Below, in pieces: positions 19,117-29,813 of a stretch of DNA of 64,000 bases. The translations under genes and the position numbers were made by a program. Position 1 is the first letter of the stretch, and every line of letters begins with the position of its first letter. The DNA is from Gammaproteobacteria bacterium (GTDB taxonomy: Bacteria; Pseudomonadota; Gammaproteobacteria; Eutrophobiales; Eutrophobiaceae), in contig WVYN01000050.1 of NCBI GenBank assembly GCA_011772965.1, positions 155,029-219,028 of the forward strand, given 5' to 3'. The notes below the pieces were generated by a model. The model had not been told where the DNA came from. It saw nothing but the letters and a program-made list of their open reading frames with translations, and did no database searches.

Positions 19117-19185
19117 TCGCTGATAAATTCCCGTATCTCTTTACTACCTCATTGTTTTATATCAGGGCATACTTATACTCTTAAC

Positions 19186-21015
19186 ATGAGAAAATTTGTC
19201 GAATATTACAGTCCTGGTGATATTTCCACCTATATCTGGGATACCAAGTACCGTTATAAAAACGCCGATGAGACAGGTGATAAAAGCATTGAAGATACCT
19301 GGCGAAGAGTAGCCACCGCACTAGCCAGTGTCGAATCTGATCCCGGAAGGTGGCAAAACAGTTTCTATAATGCCTTAAAGGATTTCAGATTCATCCCCGG
19401 GGGGCGTATCCTTGCCGGCGCCGGAACTGACTACAGGGTGACCTTGTTTAACTGTTTTGTGATGGGCAATATTAATGATTCCATTGACGGTATCTTCAAT
19501 GCTCTTAAAGAGGGCGCCATCACCATGCAACAAGGCGGTGGTGTAGGATATGATTTCTCAACTTTACGTCCCCATGGTACACAGGCCCGCCAGGTCAACC
19601 GTATGGCATCCGGACCTGTCTCGTTTATGCGGATCTGGGATTCGATGTGCCAGACTCTGGTCTCATCCGGGCCAAGGCGCGGTGCCATGATGGCGACTCT
19701 GCGCTGTGACCATCCCGATATTGAAAATTTCATCAACAGCAAGCGCGACAGCCTCGAACTACGCAATTTCAATATCTCTGTGCTGGTCACAGATGAATTC
19801 ATGCAGGCCATTCATAACGATCTGGACTGGCCACTGGTATTCCCGACAAGCGGACTAGAACAAGATGAAAAGTGCAACAAGCGCGATATCATTAAAAAGC
19901 AATGGTCCGGCAGATATGAGCCAGTTCCCTGCAGGATATTCCGCATTGTTAAAGCACGCTCTCTATGGGACCAGATAGTCAGCGCCAGTTACCATTCCGC
20001 AGAACCCGGTGTCTTGTTTATTGATCGGATAAATCGCCTAAATAACCTTTGGTACCATGAGAATATTGGTGCGACCAACCCTTGCGGTGAAATCCCCCTG
20101 CCGGCATACGGTGCCTGTGACCTGGGTTCTATAAACCTGACACGATTCATAAAAAATCCATTTACCACGACTGCAAGCCTCGACCTGGACGGAATAAAAA
20201 ATATAGTCCCACTTGCTGTGCGCATGCTGGATAACGTGATAGATGTGTCCCGCTTTCCGTTACCTGAACAGAAACGGCAGGCAAGGAATACACGCCGTGT
20301 TGGCTTGGGACTTACCGGTCTGGCTGACGCCCTTATCATGCTTGGTTTCAGCTATAGTGAGGAAAGCGCCCGTGATCTTGCAGGAACCATAATGCAGACG
20401 ATTAACCATACCGCATACCGTTCATCCATTAAGCTGGCGCAGGAAAAGGGAAGTTTCCCCCTGCTGGACAAGAATAAGCATCTTGAGGGCGAATTCATCA
20501 AAACACTGCCCGCTGATATTTGTAATGCAATCAGCCAGCATGGTATTCGCAACAGCCACCTTACGGCGATTGCTCCTACGGGTACCATCAGCCTGTTGGC
20601 CGGAAACCTCTCCAGTGGTATCGAGCCGGTTTTTGCATTCGAGCAACAGCGCTATATTCTACAAAATGATACTCGCAAGCCTTATCAACTTGAGGATTAT
20701 GCCTGGAGATTATGGCAGCAAACAGGCAATGGAAATCCTCCCAGAAAAACTTTCATTTGCGCACAAGAGCTGGAACCAGAAATGCATCTTCGGATGCAGG
20801 CTGCTATACAGGCACATGTTGACAACAGTATTTCCAAAACAATCAATATTCCGGTTGAATATGATTTTTCAGAGTTCAAGTCGGTGTATGAACTAGCATA
20901 TCAGCTGGGCCTGAAAAGCTGCACGGTATTCCGTCCAAACCCGGTGACTGGAGAAGTATTGCGTTCAAGAAAAGAACCCCTGGAGGGCGAACATTGTTGT
21001 AATGTTTTCCTGTGA
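19186..21015 (+). CDS. nrdJ: Adenosylcobalamin-dependent (class II) ribonucleotide reductase, short ~600-aa form
   Basis: Class II motifs WDTKYR, NPCGEIPLPAYGACDLGSINL and GGGVGYDFSTLRP. C-terminal CC pair. Confidence 0.85.
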   Translation: MRKFVEYYSPGDISTYIWDTKYRYKNADETGDKSIEDTWRRVATALASVESDPGRWQNSFYNALKDFRFIPGGRILAGAGTDYRVTLFNCFVMGNINDSIDGIFNALKEGAITMQQGGGVGYDFSTLRPHGTQARQVNRMASGPVSFMRIWDSMCQTLVSSGPRRGAMMATLRCDHPDIENFINSKRDSLELRNFNISVLVTDEFMQAIHNDLDWPLVFPTSGLEQDEKCNKRDIIKKQWSGRYEPVPCRIFRIVKARSLWDQIVSASYHSAEPGVLFIDRINRLNNLWYHENIGATNPCGEIPLPAYGACDLGSINLTRFIKNPFTTTASLDLDGIKNIVPLAVRMLDNVIDVSRFPLPEQKRQARNTRRVGLGLTGLADALIMLGFSYSEESARDLAGTIMQTINHTAYRSSIKLAQEKGSFPLLDKNKHLEGEFIKTLPADICNAISQHGIRNSHLTAIAPTGTISLLAGNLSSGIEPVFAFEQQRYILQNDTRKPYQLEDYAWRLWQQTGNGNPPRKTFICAQELEPEMHLRMQAAIQAHVDNSISKTINIPVEYDFSEFKSVYELAYQLGLKSCTVFRPNPVTGEVLRSRKEPLEGEHCCNVFL

Positions 21016-21101
21016 AGGGTTTTTATTGGCTATTACTATTTAATCCCTCAATTTGAAGAATATCTGCATAAGACTGATAAAGTCACCATTTTGGTACCAC
21101 A

Positions 21102-24100
21102 TCAGTTTACCTCTTCTGGATCATAGCCGAGGTTAGGTGCCAGCCATTTCTCCATCTTGTGTAATTCAATTCCTTTTCTATGTGCATAATCCCTGACCTG
21201 GTCACGATTAATCTGGCCCACCCCAAAATAGCGTGATTCGGGATGTGAAAAATACAGGCCACTGACAGCAGAAGCGGGTAACATGGCATAGCTTTCCGTC
21301 AAAGTAATACCTGTATTCTTTTCGACATCAAGTAGTTTCCATAATAACGGTTTCTCGGTATGGTCCGGGTAGGCCGGGTATCCAGGGGCCGGGCGTATGC
21401 CACGGTATTTTTCTGCAATTAAATCTTTGTTATCCAGTGATTCATCTTTACCATAAGCCCAGTATTTCTTTCTTACGCGCTGGTGTAGTCGTTCAGCGAA
21501 AGCCTCGGCAAAGCGATCTGTCAGGGCCTTGAGCATGATTACATGATAATCGTCGTGGTCAGATTCAAACTGTCTGATTTTTTCTTCCATACCAAAACCG
21601 GCTGCAACCGTAAAGGCACCAATATAATCTTGCTTGCCGGACTCGCCCGGTGCAATAAAATCTGCCAGGGCATAATTGGCCTGCCCGGGCGGTCTTTTTT
21701 GCTGTTGCCGAAGGGTATGCAATGTCATCAAAAGACCCTCACGTTTCTCATTTGTATAGATTTCGATATCATCATGATAAATGGTGTTTGCTGGAAACAA
21801 ACCCATTACTCCCCTTGCAGTAAACCATTTTTCCTTGATAATCAGGTCCAGCATTTTCTTTGCTTCTTTGTAGAGTTTTGTGGCCTCTTTACCGACCACC
21901 TCATCTTCCAGAATGCGTGGAAATTTGCCGGCCAGTTCCCAGGCGAGAAAGAACGGTGTCCAGTCAAAATACTCTGTTAATTCCGACAATGGGTAATCAT
22001 CAAAAACTTCGATTCCAAGTTTCGAGGGAGTTGGTGGTGTATAGTTATCCCAATCAGTCTTGAAATGATTTTCACGCGCCTGCTCAATTGATAACCAGTT
22101 AATTTTTTTCTGTCTCCCTGTATGACGTTCCCGTACCTGATCGTATTCTTCACGAATTTTATCAACGAAACTGTTGCGGCTAGTTTTACTGACGAGGTTC
22201 TGCGCAACGCCTACGGCACGTGACGCATCTCTGACATGCACAACAGGCTGATCATACTGAGGATCTATTTTTACAGCTGTGTGTGCACGTGAAGTCGTTG
22301 CGCCACCAATCAATAATGGCAAATTGAATTTCTGCCTTTTCATTTCCTTGGCGACATGAACCATTTCGTCAAGTGATGGTGTAATCAGTCCACTGAGACC
22401 TATGATGTGTGCATTATGGTCTTTTGCTGTTTGCAGGATTTTCTCGGCGGGCACCATAACACCAAGGTCGATGATCTCGAAGTTATTACATTGCAGTACG
22501 ACGCCGACGATATTCTTGCCAATGTCATGCACATCACCCTTTACAGTGGCCATGACAATGGTGCCATTATTTTTACCCGTATCACCGCTACGCTTTTTTT
22601 CTTCTTCGATAAAAGGTATCAGGTAGGCCACAGCCTTTTTCATGACACGGGCACTCTTAACGACCTGTGGCAAAAACATCTTCCCTGAGCCAAACAGGTC
22701 GCCGACTACATTCATGCCATCCATCAATGGACCTTCTATTACTTCCAGAGGTTTGTCATATCCCTGGCGCGCTTCTTCAGTATCTTCTTCAATATAATCA
22801 GAGATGCCCTTGACCAGGGCATGGGTCAAACGCTCATTTATTGATCTCTTACGCCAGGCATCATCAACTTTCTTTTCCTTACTGGTTCCGGCCTTCACAG
22901 TTTCTGCGAATTCCACCAATCGATCAGTGGCATCTTCATGCCGGTTCAGAAGCACATCCTCGACATATTCAAGCAGTTCCTTATCAATCTCATCATAAAT
23001 CTCCAGTTGGCCGGCATTGACAATGCCCATGTCCATTCCCGCCTGGATCCCGTGGTAGAGAAATGCAGCATGCATGGCCTCGCGTACCGGATTATTACCC
23101 CTGAAAGAAAACGAGACATTACTGAGACCACCACTTACCAGGGCATAGGGAAGATGCTCCTTGATCAGACGGGTGGCCTCGAAGAAAGAGACGGCATAGT
23201 TATTGTGTTCTTCCATGCCGGTGGCGACCGTGAGGATATTCGGATCAAAAATGATATCCTCGGGCGGGAAGTCGACCTTATTTACTAAAATGTCATAAGA
23301 GCGCTTGCAGACTTCAAAGCGACGTTCTGTAGAGTCGGCCTGGCCTTTTTCATCAAATGCCATCACAATCGCAGCCGCCCCGTAGCGCTTGACCGCCCGA
23401 GCATGCTCAATAAATTTTTCCTCGCCTTCCTTGAGACTGATCGAATTAACGATCCCCTTGCCCTGGATGCAGCGCAGACCGGCTTCGATCACGGTCCACT
23501 TGGATGAGTCAATCATGATAGGTACGCGACTGATGTCCGGTTCTGAGGCGATCAGGTTAAGAAAATCATGCATCAATTCCTCGGATTCCAGCATGCCTTC
23601 GTCCATGCAGACATCAATAATCTGGGCACCGTTTTCCACCTGCTGATGGGCGATTTCCACTGCCCCTTCCAGATCCTGCTCTTCCTTGATGAGACGCAGG
23701 AATTTGGGTGAACCGGAAACGTTGGTTCGTTCCCCGACATTTACGAAGTTGGTGTCCGGGGTAATATTAAATGCCTCCAGTCCACTCAGGCGCTGGTAGC
23801 GTGGCAGTGCCGGAATTGCACGGGGCAATTTACCGGCAACGGCTTCCGCGATCGCCTTGATATGTTCCGGTGTAGTACCACAACAGCCACCGACGATGTT
23901 TACCAAACCACTTGAAGCCCACTCTTCGATATGTTCCGCCATGGGGCCAGGTTCCAGATCATATTCACCAAACTCGTTGGGCAAGCCGGCATTAGGGTGG
24001 GCGCTGACCCAGGTATCGGCAACAATAGACAGGTCTTCAATATATTGACGTAAATCCCCAGGGCCGAGTGCGCAATTAAGACCAATAGACAGTGGCCTGG

Positions 24101-24830
24101 CGTGACGTAACGAATTCCAGAATGCTTCTGTAGTCTGGCCGGTAAGAGTTCGTCCCGAGGCATCGGTGATGGTGCCGGAGATCATGACCGGTAATGATAT
24201 GCCGTGATTTTCAAAGAACTGGTCAATGGCATATAACGCGGCCTTGGCATTGAGAGTGTCGAAGATGGTTTCAACCAGAAGCAGGTCAGTACCACCGTCA
24301 ATCAGGCCGCGCAAGGCCTCGGTATAAGCCCCAACCAGGGTCATGAAATCAATGTTACGGTAGCCCGGGTTATTAACATCCGGGGATATGGAGGCGGTCC
24401 GGTTGGTCGGTCCAAGGACACCGGTGACAAAACACGGCTTGCCCGGAGCTTTCGCTTCAAATTCATCGGCAACGCGGCGCGCCAGAGCCGCACCAGCTTG
24501 GTTCAGTTCATAGACCAGGTCTTCCATGGCGTAATCTGCCATGGCAATCGCGGTGGAATTAAATGTATTGGTTTCAATGATGTCTGCGCCGGCCTCCAGG
24601 TAAGCACGGTGGATCGCCTCGATCACATCTGGCCGGGTAATGGAGAGCAGGTCATTATTGCCTTTTAAATCACAGCGATGATCGGCAAATCGTTTGCCCC
24701 GATAATCATCCTCGTTGAGTTGGTAGGACTGGATCAGGGTCCCCATGCCGCCATCGAGCACAAGGATACGCTGCTCCAGTAATGACTGAAGTTGAGCCAG
24801 GCGATCAGAGCTGGGTGTATGGTTGGACAT
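21102..24830 (-). CDS. metH: Cobalamin-dependent methionine synthase
   Basis: 1242 aa, colinear with E. coli MetH (Hcy-binding, pterin-binding, B12-binding DxHxxG ..GDVHDIGKN.., AdoMet reactivation domain). Confidence 0.95.
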   Translation of the reverse strand: MSNHTPSSDRLAQLQSLLEQRILVLDGGMGTLIQSYQLNEDDYRGKRFADHRCDLKGNNDLLSITRPDVIEAIHRAYLEAGADIIETNTFNSTAIAMADYAMEDLVYELNQAGAALARRVADEFEAKAPGKPCFVTGVLGPTNRTASISPDVNNPGYRNIDFMTLVGAYTEALRGLIDGGTDLLLVETIFDTLNAKAALYAIDQFFENHGISLPVMISGTITDASGRTLTGQTTEAFWNSLRHARPLSIGLNCALGPGDLRQYIEDLSIVADTWVSAHPNAGLPNEFGEYDLEPGPMAEHIEEWASSGLVNIVGGCCGTTPEHIKAIAEAVAGKLPRAIPALPRYQRLSGLEAFNITPDTNFVNVGERTNVSGSPKFLRLIKEEQDLEGAVEIAHQQVENGAQIIDVCMDEGMLESEELMHDFLNLIASEPDISRVPIMIDSSKWTVIEAGLRCIQGKGIVNSISLKEGEEKFIEHARAVKRYGAAAIVMAFDEKGQADSTERRFEVCKRSYDILVNKVDFPPEDIIFDPNILTVATGMEEHNNYAVSFFEATRLIKEHLPYALVSGGLSNVSFSFRGNNPVREAMHAAFLYHGIQAGMDMGIVNAGQLEIYDEIDKELLEYVEDVLLNRHEDATDRLVEFAETVKAGTSKEKKVDDAWRKRSINERLTHALVKGISDYIEEDTEEARQGYDKPLEVIEGPLMDGMNVVGDLFGSGKMFLPQVVKSARVMKKAVAYLIPFIEEEKKRSGDTGKNNGTIVMATVKGDVHDIGKNIVGVVLQCNNFEIIDLGVMVPAEKILQTAKDHNAHIIGLSGLITPSLDEMVHVAKEMKRQKFNLPLLIGGATTSRAHTAVKIDPQYDQPVVHVRDASRAVGVAQNLVSKTSRNSFVDKIREEYDQVRERHTGRQKKINWLSIEQARENHFKTDWDNYTPPTPSKLGIEVFDDYPLSELTEYFDWTPFFLAWELAGKFPRILEDEVVGKEATKLYKEAKKMLDLIIKEKWFTARGVMGLFPANTIYHDDIEIYTNEKREGLLMTLHTLRQQQKRPPGQANYALADFIAPGESGKQDYIGAFTVAAGFGMEEKIRQFESDHDDYHVIMLKALTDRFAEAFAERLHQRVRKKYWAYGKDESLDNKDLIAEKYRGIRPAPGYPAYPDHTEKPLLWKLLDVEKNTGITLTESYAMLPASAVSGLYFSHPESRYFGVGQINRDQVRDYAHRKGIELHKMEKWLAPNLGYDPEEVN

Positions 24831-24855
24831 AAAATAAAAAGCGCACTTTATCCGG

Positions 24856-24890
24856 TAAAAATGCAGCGCGCATTGTACCCCTTTCGGGGT
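24856..24890 (-). terminator. Candidate gltA terminator: two short hairpins (ACCCC-TTTC-GGGGT; AATGC-gcgct-GCATT) followed by T-run on minus strand
   Basis: Read directly from the sequence. Stems only 5 bp, so weak. Confidence 0.3.
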
Positions 24891-24908
24891 CAGCTATGCC
24901 AAGCGAGA

Positions 24909-26192
24909 TTACTTGCGTTTTCCGATGGGCACGTAGTCCCGCAAGTTAGGGCCGGTATAGATCTGGCGCGGGCGGCCAATCTTGCGATCATTGGATTCCA
25001 TCATTTCTTTCCAGTGGGCAACCCAGCCGGGTAGTCGGCCAATGGCAAACATGACCGTGAACATATTGGTCGGAATCCCCATGGCCTTGTAGAGGATACC
25101 ACTGTAAAAATCCACATTGGGGTAAAGGTTGCGTTCTATAAAGAAATCATCTTCAAGGGCTACGCTTTCCAGCTCCTTGGCGATATCCAGCAGCGGGTCA
25201 TAGATGCCTTTCTTGCTGAGAATGGTGGCAGTCATTTCTCGCAGTATGGTGGCGCGGGGATCATAGTTTTTGTAAACACGGTGCCCAAAACCCATCAGCC
25301 GTGCATTGGCTTTTTTGTCCTTGACCTCCTGGACGAAATCCTGGCAGCTTATCCCGGTTTCCTGGATATGTTGCAGCATGTCGATCACGGCCTCATTGGC
25401 GCCGCCGTGCAATGGCCCTGAAAGGGCAGCAACACCGGCACTGATCGTCGCAAACAGGTTGGGCAGAGAGGAACCCACCAGACGAACTGTGGAAGTGGAA
25501 CAGTTCTGTTCATGATCAGCGTGCAGTATCAGCAACATGTTTAAGGCCCTGACCACGTCTTCATCGATTTGATATTCCTCGGTCGGCATGGCGTACATCA
25601 TCCGCAGGAAATTGGCGCAGTAACTGAGGTTATTTAATGGGTACATCAATGGCCGACCAATACTCTTCTTGTATGAAAAAGCGGCGAGAGTACGCAACTT
25701 TGAAATCAGCCGGGCCGCTGTGACCTCTACGTTTTCAAACGGATTAATAGATTCCGGGTAGTAGGCTGACAAGGTATTGACCATGGATTGCAGGATCGCC
25801 ATGGGATGGGCTGACTGTGGATAGCCATCAAAGAAGTGCTTCATGTCTTCGTGGATCAGGCTATGCGTGGTCAGCAGTTGAGAAAAATGATCCAGCTGCT
25901 GTCTAGTCGGTAACTCTCCGTATATCAATAGATAACTCGTTTCTACAAAAGTTGAATGCTGGGCGAGTTGCTCGATCGGGATCCCCCGGTAACGCAGAAT
26001 GCCATTTTCACCATCCAGGTAGGTAATAGCACTGCGGGTGGCGCCGGTGTTCATGTAACCACTGTCCAGGGTGATGAAGCCAGTGCTGCTCCTTAGCTGG
26101 CTAATATCTATGGCCTTTTCGCCCTCAGAACCGATAACGATAGGCAATTCGTATTCCTTGCCCTCGATAATCAATTTTGCAGTTGAACTCAT
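24909..26192 (-). CDS. gltA: Citrate synthase (type II, hexameric gltA type)
   Basis: 427 aa, colinear with E. coli GltA. Catalytic His/Asp context (GFGHRVYKNYDPRA) conserved. Confidence 0.95.
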   Translation of the reverse strand: MSSTAKLIIEGKEYELPIVIGSEGEKAIDISQLRSSTGFITLDSGYMNTGATRSAITYLDGENGILRYRGIPIEQLAQHSTFVETSYLLIYGELPTRQQLDHFSQLLTTHSLIHEDMKHFFDGYPQSAHPMAILQSMVNTLSAYYPESINPFENVEVTAARLISKLRTLAAFSYKKSIGRPLMYPLNNLSYCANFLRMMYAMPTEEYQIDEDVVRALNMLLILHADHEQNCSTSTVRLVGSSLPNLFATISAGVAALSGPLHGGANEAVIDMLQHIQETGISCQDFVQEVKDKKANARLMGFGHRVYKNYDPRATILREMTATILSKKGIYDPLLDIAKELESVALEDDFFIERNLYPNVDFYSGILYKAMGIPTNMFTVMFAIGRLPGWVAHWKEMMESNDRKIGRPRQIYTGPNLRDYVPIGKRK

Positions 26193-26423
26193 AATATCTA
26201 TCTTATAACAGTTAATTAAAAATTATAGGGAATCCGTGCGCGACTAACGTCGCCACAAATTCCGGAAATTTTGCCCCCAACTGATAAGCTACTGACCCCG
26301 TCAGTGAGCTTCTGTCTGTTTGAATAGATCTTCAGGATTAGTGCGCTGCATTATGCACTATTTTTCACGTCTGTCTAATCTAAAAATAATTCTCCCGCAC
26401 AAACTTAGTGCAAAATTAAAGAC

Positions 26424-27284
26424 TTAGCAGATTTTACAACGAATATAAACAGAGTAAAACAGGATCACCAGAATCAGCCAGATGCAGGCCAGCGTACCCA
26501 GAATCTGGCCGTTACTACTGACCAGCCAGGACAGGCTGGTTTCAGGGTCAACTTCCGTGAGTTTCTTGATGAGTTTGATAGCTATGACCACACCGGCATG
26601 TATACCGATACATTGATAAAGTGTGTTCTTTTGCTGACGTACCAGGGACAAAAACACGCCGAAGGCCATCAGGCTGAAAAACGTACTGATTATGTTGGGG
26701 TCAAGAAAGCGTGAGAAAAGCAACGGCAGCATCTGCAGGCCGGTATGCCATTCAATCGTTGTATGTGACGGCGCTGTATCAAACTGTAGAAAATGAACAG
26801 CCGCGTAGATCAGGCTGCTAACGAGGATCGCAGTCCTCGTACCACTGAGTTTCATTAACGCGCCCTGTAAAGCCCCGCGGTAAAGGGTTTCCTCGATCAG
26901 GCCGACAGTCAGCCCAGTGATCAGAGCCTTAAGCAGGATCAGGGGGATGGAGCCAAACTCCTGTTCAAGCCGATGAATCCCCAGGAGAAATAACACGATT
27001 TCCAGTATCAGCATGATCAGAATGCCAATGGCTAACCCTTTAAGGATATCGTTACGCCAGCCCGGGCTACGTTGATAACCGATAATCTGCCAGGACAGTA
27101 CGTATTTGCAACGAAGATAGGCCAATATCAGTAAAAAACCGCTTAAGCTAGACAGGTGCACCATGATTTTTCCAAATTCGACCGTCGCGAACAGGGAAAT
27201 CAGCCAGTAGGCGGGATAGGCAAACAGGGCACCACAAACCAGGGCCAGTAAACTCAATAGAAACAGGACAATAACCGCACGCAT
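26424..27284 (-). CDS. CPBP family intramembrane glutamic endopeptidase (CAAX protease/Abi-like)
   Basis: Multi-TM protein with EExxxR motif (LIEETLYRGALQG) and downstream FxxxH-like motif (AAVHFLQF). Confidence 0.75.
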   Translation of the reverse strand: MRAVIVLFLLSLLALVCGALFAYPAYWLISLFATVEFGKIMVHLSSLSGFLLILAYLRCKYVLSWQIIGYQRSPGWRNDILKGLAIGILIMLILEIVLFLLGIHRLEQEFGSIPLILLKALITGLTVGLIEETLYRGALQGALMKLSGTRTAILVSSLIYAAVHFLQFDTAPSHTTIEWHTGLQMLPLLFSRFLDPNIISTFFSLMAFGVFLSLVRQQKNTLYQCIGIHAGVVIAIKLIKKLTEVDPETSLSWLVSSNGQILGTLACIWLILVILFYSVYIRCKIC

Positions 27285-27368
27285 GGCGGATAGCGTAACA
27301 GATTATCCTGTTGACTTGATAACACGGACGGATTACCGTTTTCGCCGCTTTCTGACTGACGAAGGAAC

Positions 27369-27929
27369 ATGGGGAAACGTCTGACAAAAATCTATACACG
27401 AACCGGCGATGACGGGACCACTGGACTGGGTAATGGGGAGCGTGCAGATAAGGATTCCCCACGTATCACGGTGCTCGGCGATATTGACGAGCTTAACAGT
27501 TTGCTGGGAACCTTGATTGCCAGTGGCGTGAAAGATGACCTTGCCGGTTATCTTTTAAACATCCAGCATCGCCTGTTTGATATCGGCGCCGAAATTTCGG
27601 TGCCCGGTAATGCGACCACCAGTGCCGCCCATATCACTCGCCTGGAAGAATTAATCGATAATTATAATGAAGACCTCGCGCCGCTGGAGGAATTTATTTT
27701 ACCCGGTGGCACCGTGTCAGCATCTTTATGCCATCTCTGCCGTTCTGTTTGTCGTCGTATGGAGAGACATCTGGTTGGCATGGCACGCAAGGAATTCGTA
27801 AACCAGAACACGCTGATATTTATCAACAGGTTGTCTGATCTGTTATTTGTATTTGCACGGGTAATTAACCAGGAGAAAAAGGGCAAGGAAGTTTATTGGG
27901 ACAAGGATCGTTTGAAACGTTCGGTTTGA
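27369..27929 (+). CDS. ATP:cob(I)alamin adenosyltransferase, PduO/MMAB type
   Basis: N-terminus IYTRTGDDGTTGL...DIDELNSLLG is the hallmark of PduO-type adenosyltransferases; 186 aa. Confidence 0.85.
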   Translation: MGKRLTKIYTRTGDDGTTGLGNGERADKDSPRITVLGDIDELNSLLGTLIASGVKDDLAGYLLNIQHRLFDIGAEISVPGNATTSAAHITRLEELIDNYNEDLAPLEEFILPGGTVSASLCHLCRSVCRRMERHLVGMARKEFVNQNTLIFINRLSDLLFVFARVINQEKKGKEVYWDKDRLKRSV

Positions 27930-27933
27930 ATAC

Positions 27934-28575
27934 TTACTTCTCAAGCAGTAACAGCTGTCCTTCCCGTTTTAACTTGATCTTACTCAGGAAACTGTTACCA
28001 AGAAGGATAATTCGGGGGAAATCATCATCATGCACGACACCCTCAATATCATTTAACACAATATCGCCAACTGATACTTTTTTGAGATTGACGACGTAAA
28101 TCCTGGAATAACCCGCCGCTGTTTCTGAGAGGCCTTCCTGGCCATCCATTCTGAAATTCAGACCCAGACGCTTTGCCGTTTGGCGATTCATGGCGACACT
28201 ACTGGCACCGGTATCAACCAGAAATTGCACCTGGAAATCATTGATACTGCCATTAACCAGGTACATTTCATTTGTCGGTGCAATTGATACAGTCCTTCCT
28301 GGTTCAGTTTCTCTGAATTTTATACTGACCTGGCTTCCCAGGGTATAACTTTTTTGTTCACCATCGACTTCAAGTATCGCCTCATTGCTGTTTGCAGAGA
28401 TTAAGGTGACACCCTCCGGGCTGGTCATATTTTTTCTCAAAACACGCTGTTTGCCGTCAATTATAATGATGGCCTTGTCCTTAAATAGCCCCACAACCTT
28501 GATTTTGTTCATGGCAAGGGAATGACTGCAGACAAAAACCAGCAGTATGAAGAAACCTTGAATTATACGTATCAT
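27934..28575 (-). CDS. Secreted retropepsin-like (clan AA) aspartic protease, TIGR02281-like
   Basis: Signal peptide followed by the catalytic motif FLVDTGASSVAMN. Confidence 0.7.
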   Translation of the reverse strand: MIRIIQGFFILLVFVCSHSLAMNKIKVVGLFKDKAIIIIDGKQRVLRKNMTSPEGVTLISANSNEAILEVDGEQKSYTLGSQVSIKFRETEPGRTVSIAPTNEMYLVNGSINDFQVQFLVDTGASSVAMNRQTAKRLGLNFRMDGQEGLSETAAGYSRIYVVNLKKVSVGDIVLNDIEGVVHDDDFPRIILLGNSFLSKIKLKREGQLLLLEK

Positions 28576-28700
28576 GAGACCAGATAGTATATGAGAATGA
28601 TTTAAATTAAATAAGCAGTTCTGTTAAATTCAGACAATTATTCCTGCTATAGTTCGTTCTAGACTTTAATGATAAAACCAGATATTTAAGAGATTTAATC

Positions 28701-29813
28701 ATGATCATTATCCTGCATCCTGATACCGACCAGTCTGCTGAGCCTTACAAAAAGCTGGTCGAATATCTCGATACATTGCCGGGCATCAGATACCGAACCC
28801 ATGAAGTTCTCGGTGCTCAACAGAGACTGACCGAGCTTTATCTGATAGGTGATACCTCGACCCTCGATTCAGAAATGATGGAGAGCTTTGAGGTGGTCGA
28901 GCGCGTGGTTCGTATTTCCCGCGAGTACCGTGTCCTTGGCCGTCACAAGGATGACCAGCGCTCGGGTGAATTTACCTATAATGGTGTGTGCTTCTCACAG
29001 GATAATCTGCATCTGTTTGCCGGTCTCTGTGCGGTCGACACGCGAGAACATGTCGAACTCATGTTTAAACACCTGCAGGCCCATGATCAGGTTTGCGCAC
29101 GTATGGGCGCTTACAAACCACGGACGAATCCTTACTCATTCCAGGGGCATGGCCAGTCGTGCCTGCCATATGTTTTCGAACTGGCCGGTCAATACGGAAT
29201 CAAGGTTATCGCCATGGAAATCACACACGACGATCAGATCCAGGAAATACGTGATGCACTGGCTGACTCTGGAAATCCAACTGGGGTGATCTTGCAAATC
29301 GGGACACGAAACATCCAGAATTTTGAATTATTGAAAAGCGTCGGGCGGCAGCAGGAGTATCCGGTGCTTCTCAAGCGTGGTTTTGGTATTACCCTCGAAG
29401 AATCATTGAATGCGGCTGAGTACCTCGCCAGCGAAGGCAATCGCAGGGTCATTTTTTGTTTGCGGGGCATGAAGACCAACATGGGTGATCCTCATCGTAA
29501 TCTCGTGGATTTTGCCCATGTACCCGTCATCAAGCGCATGACCCACATGCCGGTTTGTATAGATCCCTCGCATTCTGTCGGCAACCGACTGTCATCCCCG
29601 GACCATCTTATGGACGTCATGCATGTGACGGCACAGGGTATCATTGCCGGCGCCAACATGGTGTTGGTGGATTTCCATCCTGATCCCACCAAGGCTTTGG
29701 TGGATGGTCCTCAGGCATTGCTGCTGGATGAACTGCCATGGTTTATTGAAGATATGCGGATTGCCCGAGAAGCCTATGAAAAGCGTGCATCTCTGGCCAA
29801 TCAGTATGTCTGA
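28701..29813 (+). CDS. 3-deoxy-7-phosphoheptulonate (DAHP) synthase, type I-beta with N-terminal regulatory domain
   Basis: KPRTNPYSFQG and CIDPSHS motifs of the KDO8PS/DAHPS I-beta family, plus a ~90-aa N-terminal extension as in Thermotoga/Bacillus-type enzymes. Confidence 0.8.
   Translation: MIIILHPDTDQSAEPYKKLVEYLDTLPGIRYRTHEVLGAQQRLTELYLIGDTSTLDSEMMESFEVVERVVRISREYRVLGRHKDDQRSGEFTYNGVCFSQDNLHLFAGLCAVDTREHVELMFKHLQAHDQVCARMGAYKPRTNPYSFQGHGQSCLPYVFELAGQYGIKVIAMEITHDDQIQEIRDALADSGNPTGVILQIGTRNIQNFELLKSVGRQQEYPVLLKRGFGITLEESLNAAEYLASEGNRRVIFCLRGMKTNMGDPHRNLVDFAHVPVIKRMTHMPVCIDPSHSVGNRLSSPDHLMDVMHVTAQGIIAGANMVLVDFHPDPTKALVDGPQALLLDELPWFIEDMRIAREAYEKRASLANQYV

Noticed and set aside
19117-19185. 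Cobalamin riboswitch upstream of nrdJ or metH
   Set aside because: Spacers are only 69 and 78 bp, too short for a ~200-nt B12 riboswitch. No B12-box-like sequence noticed.
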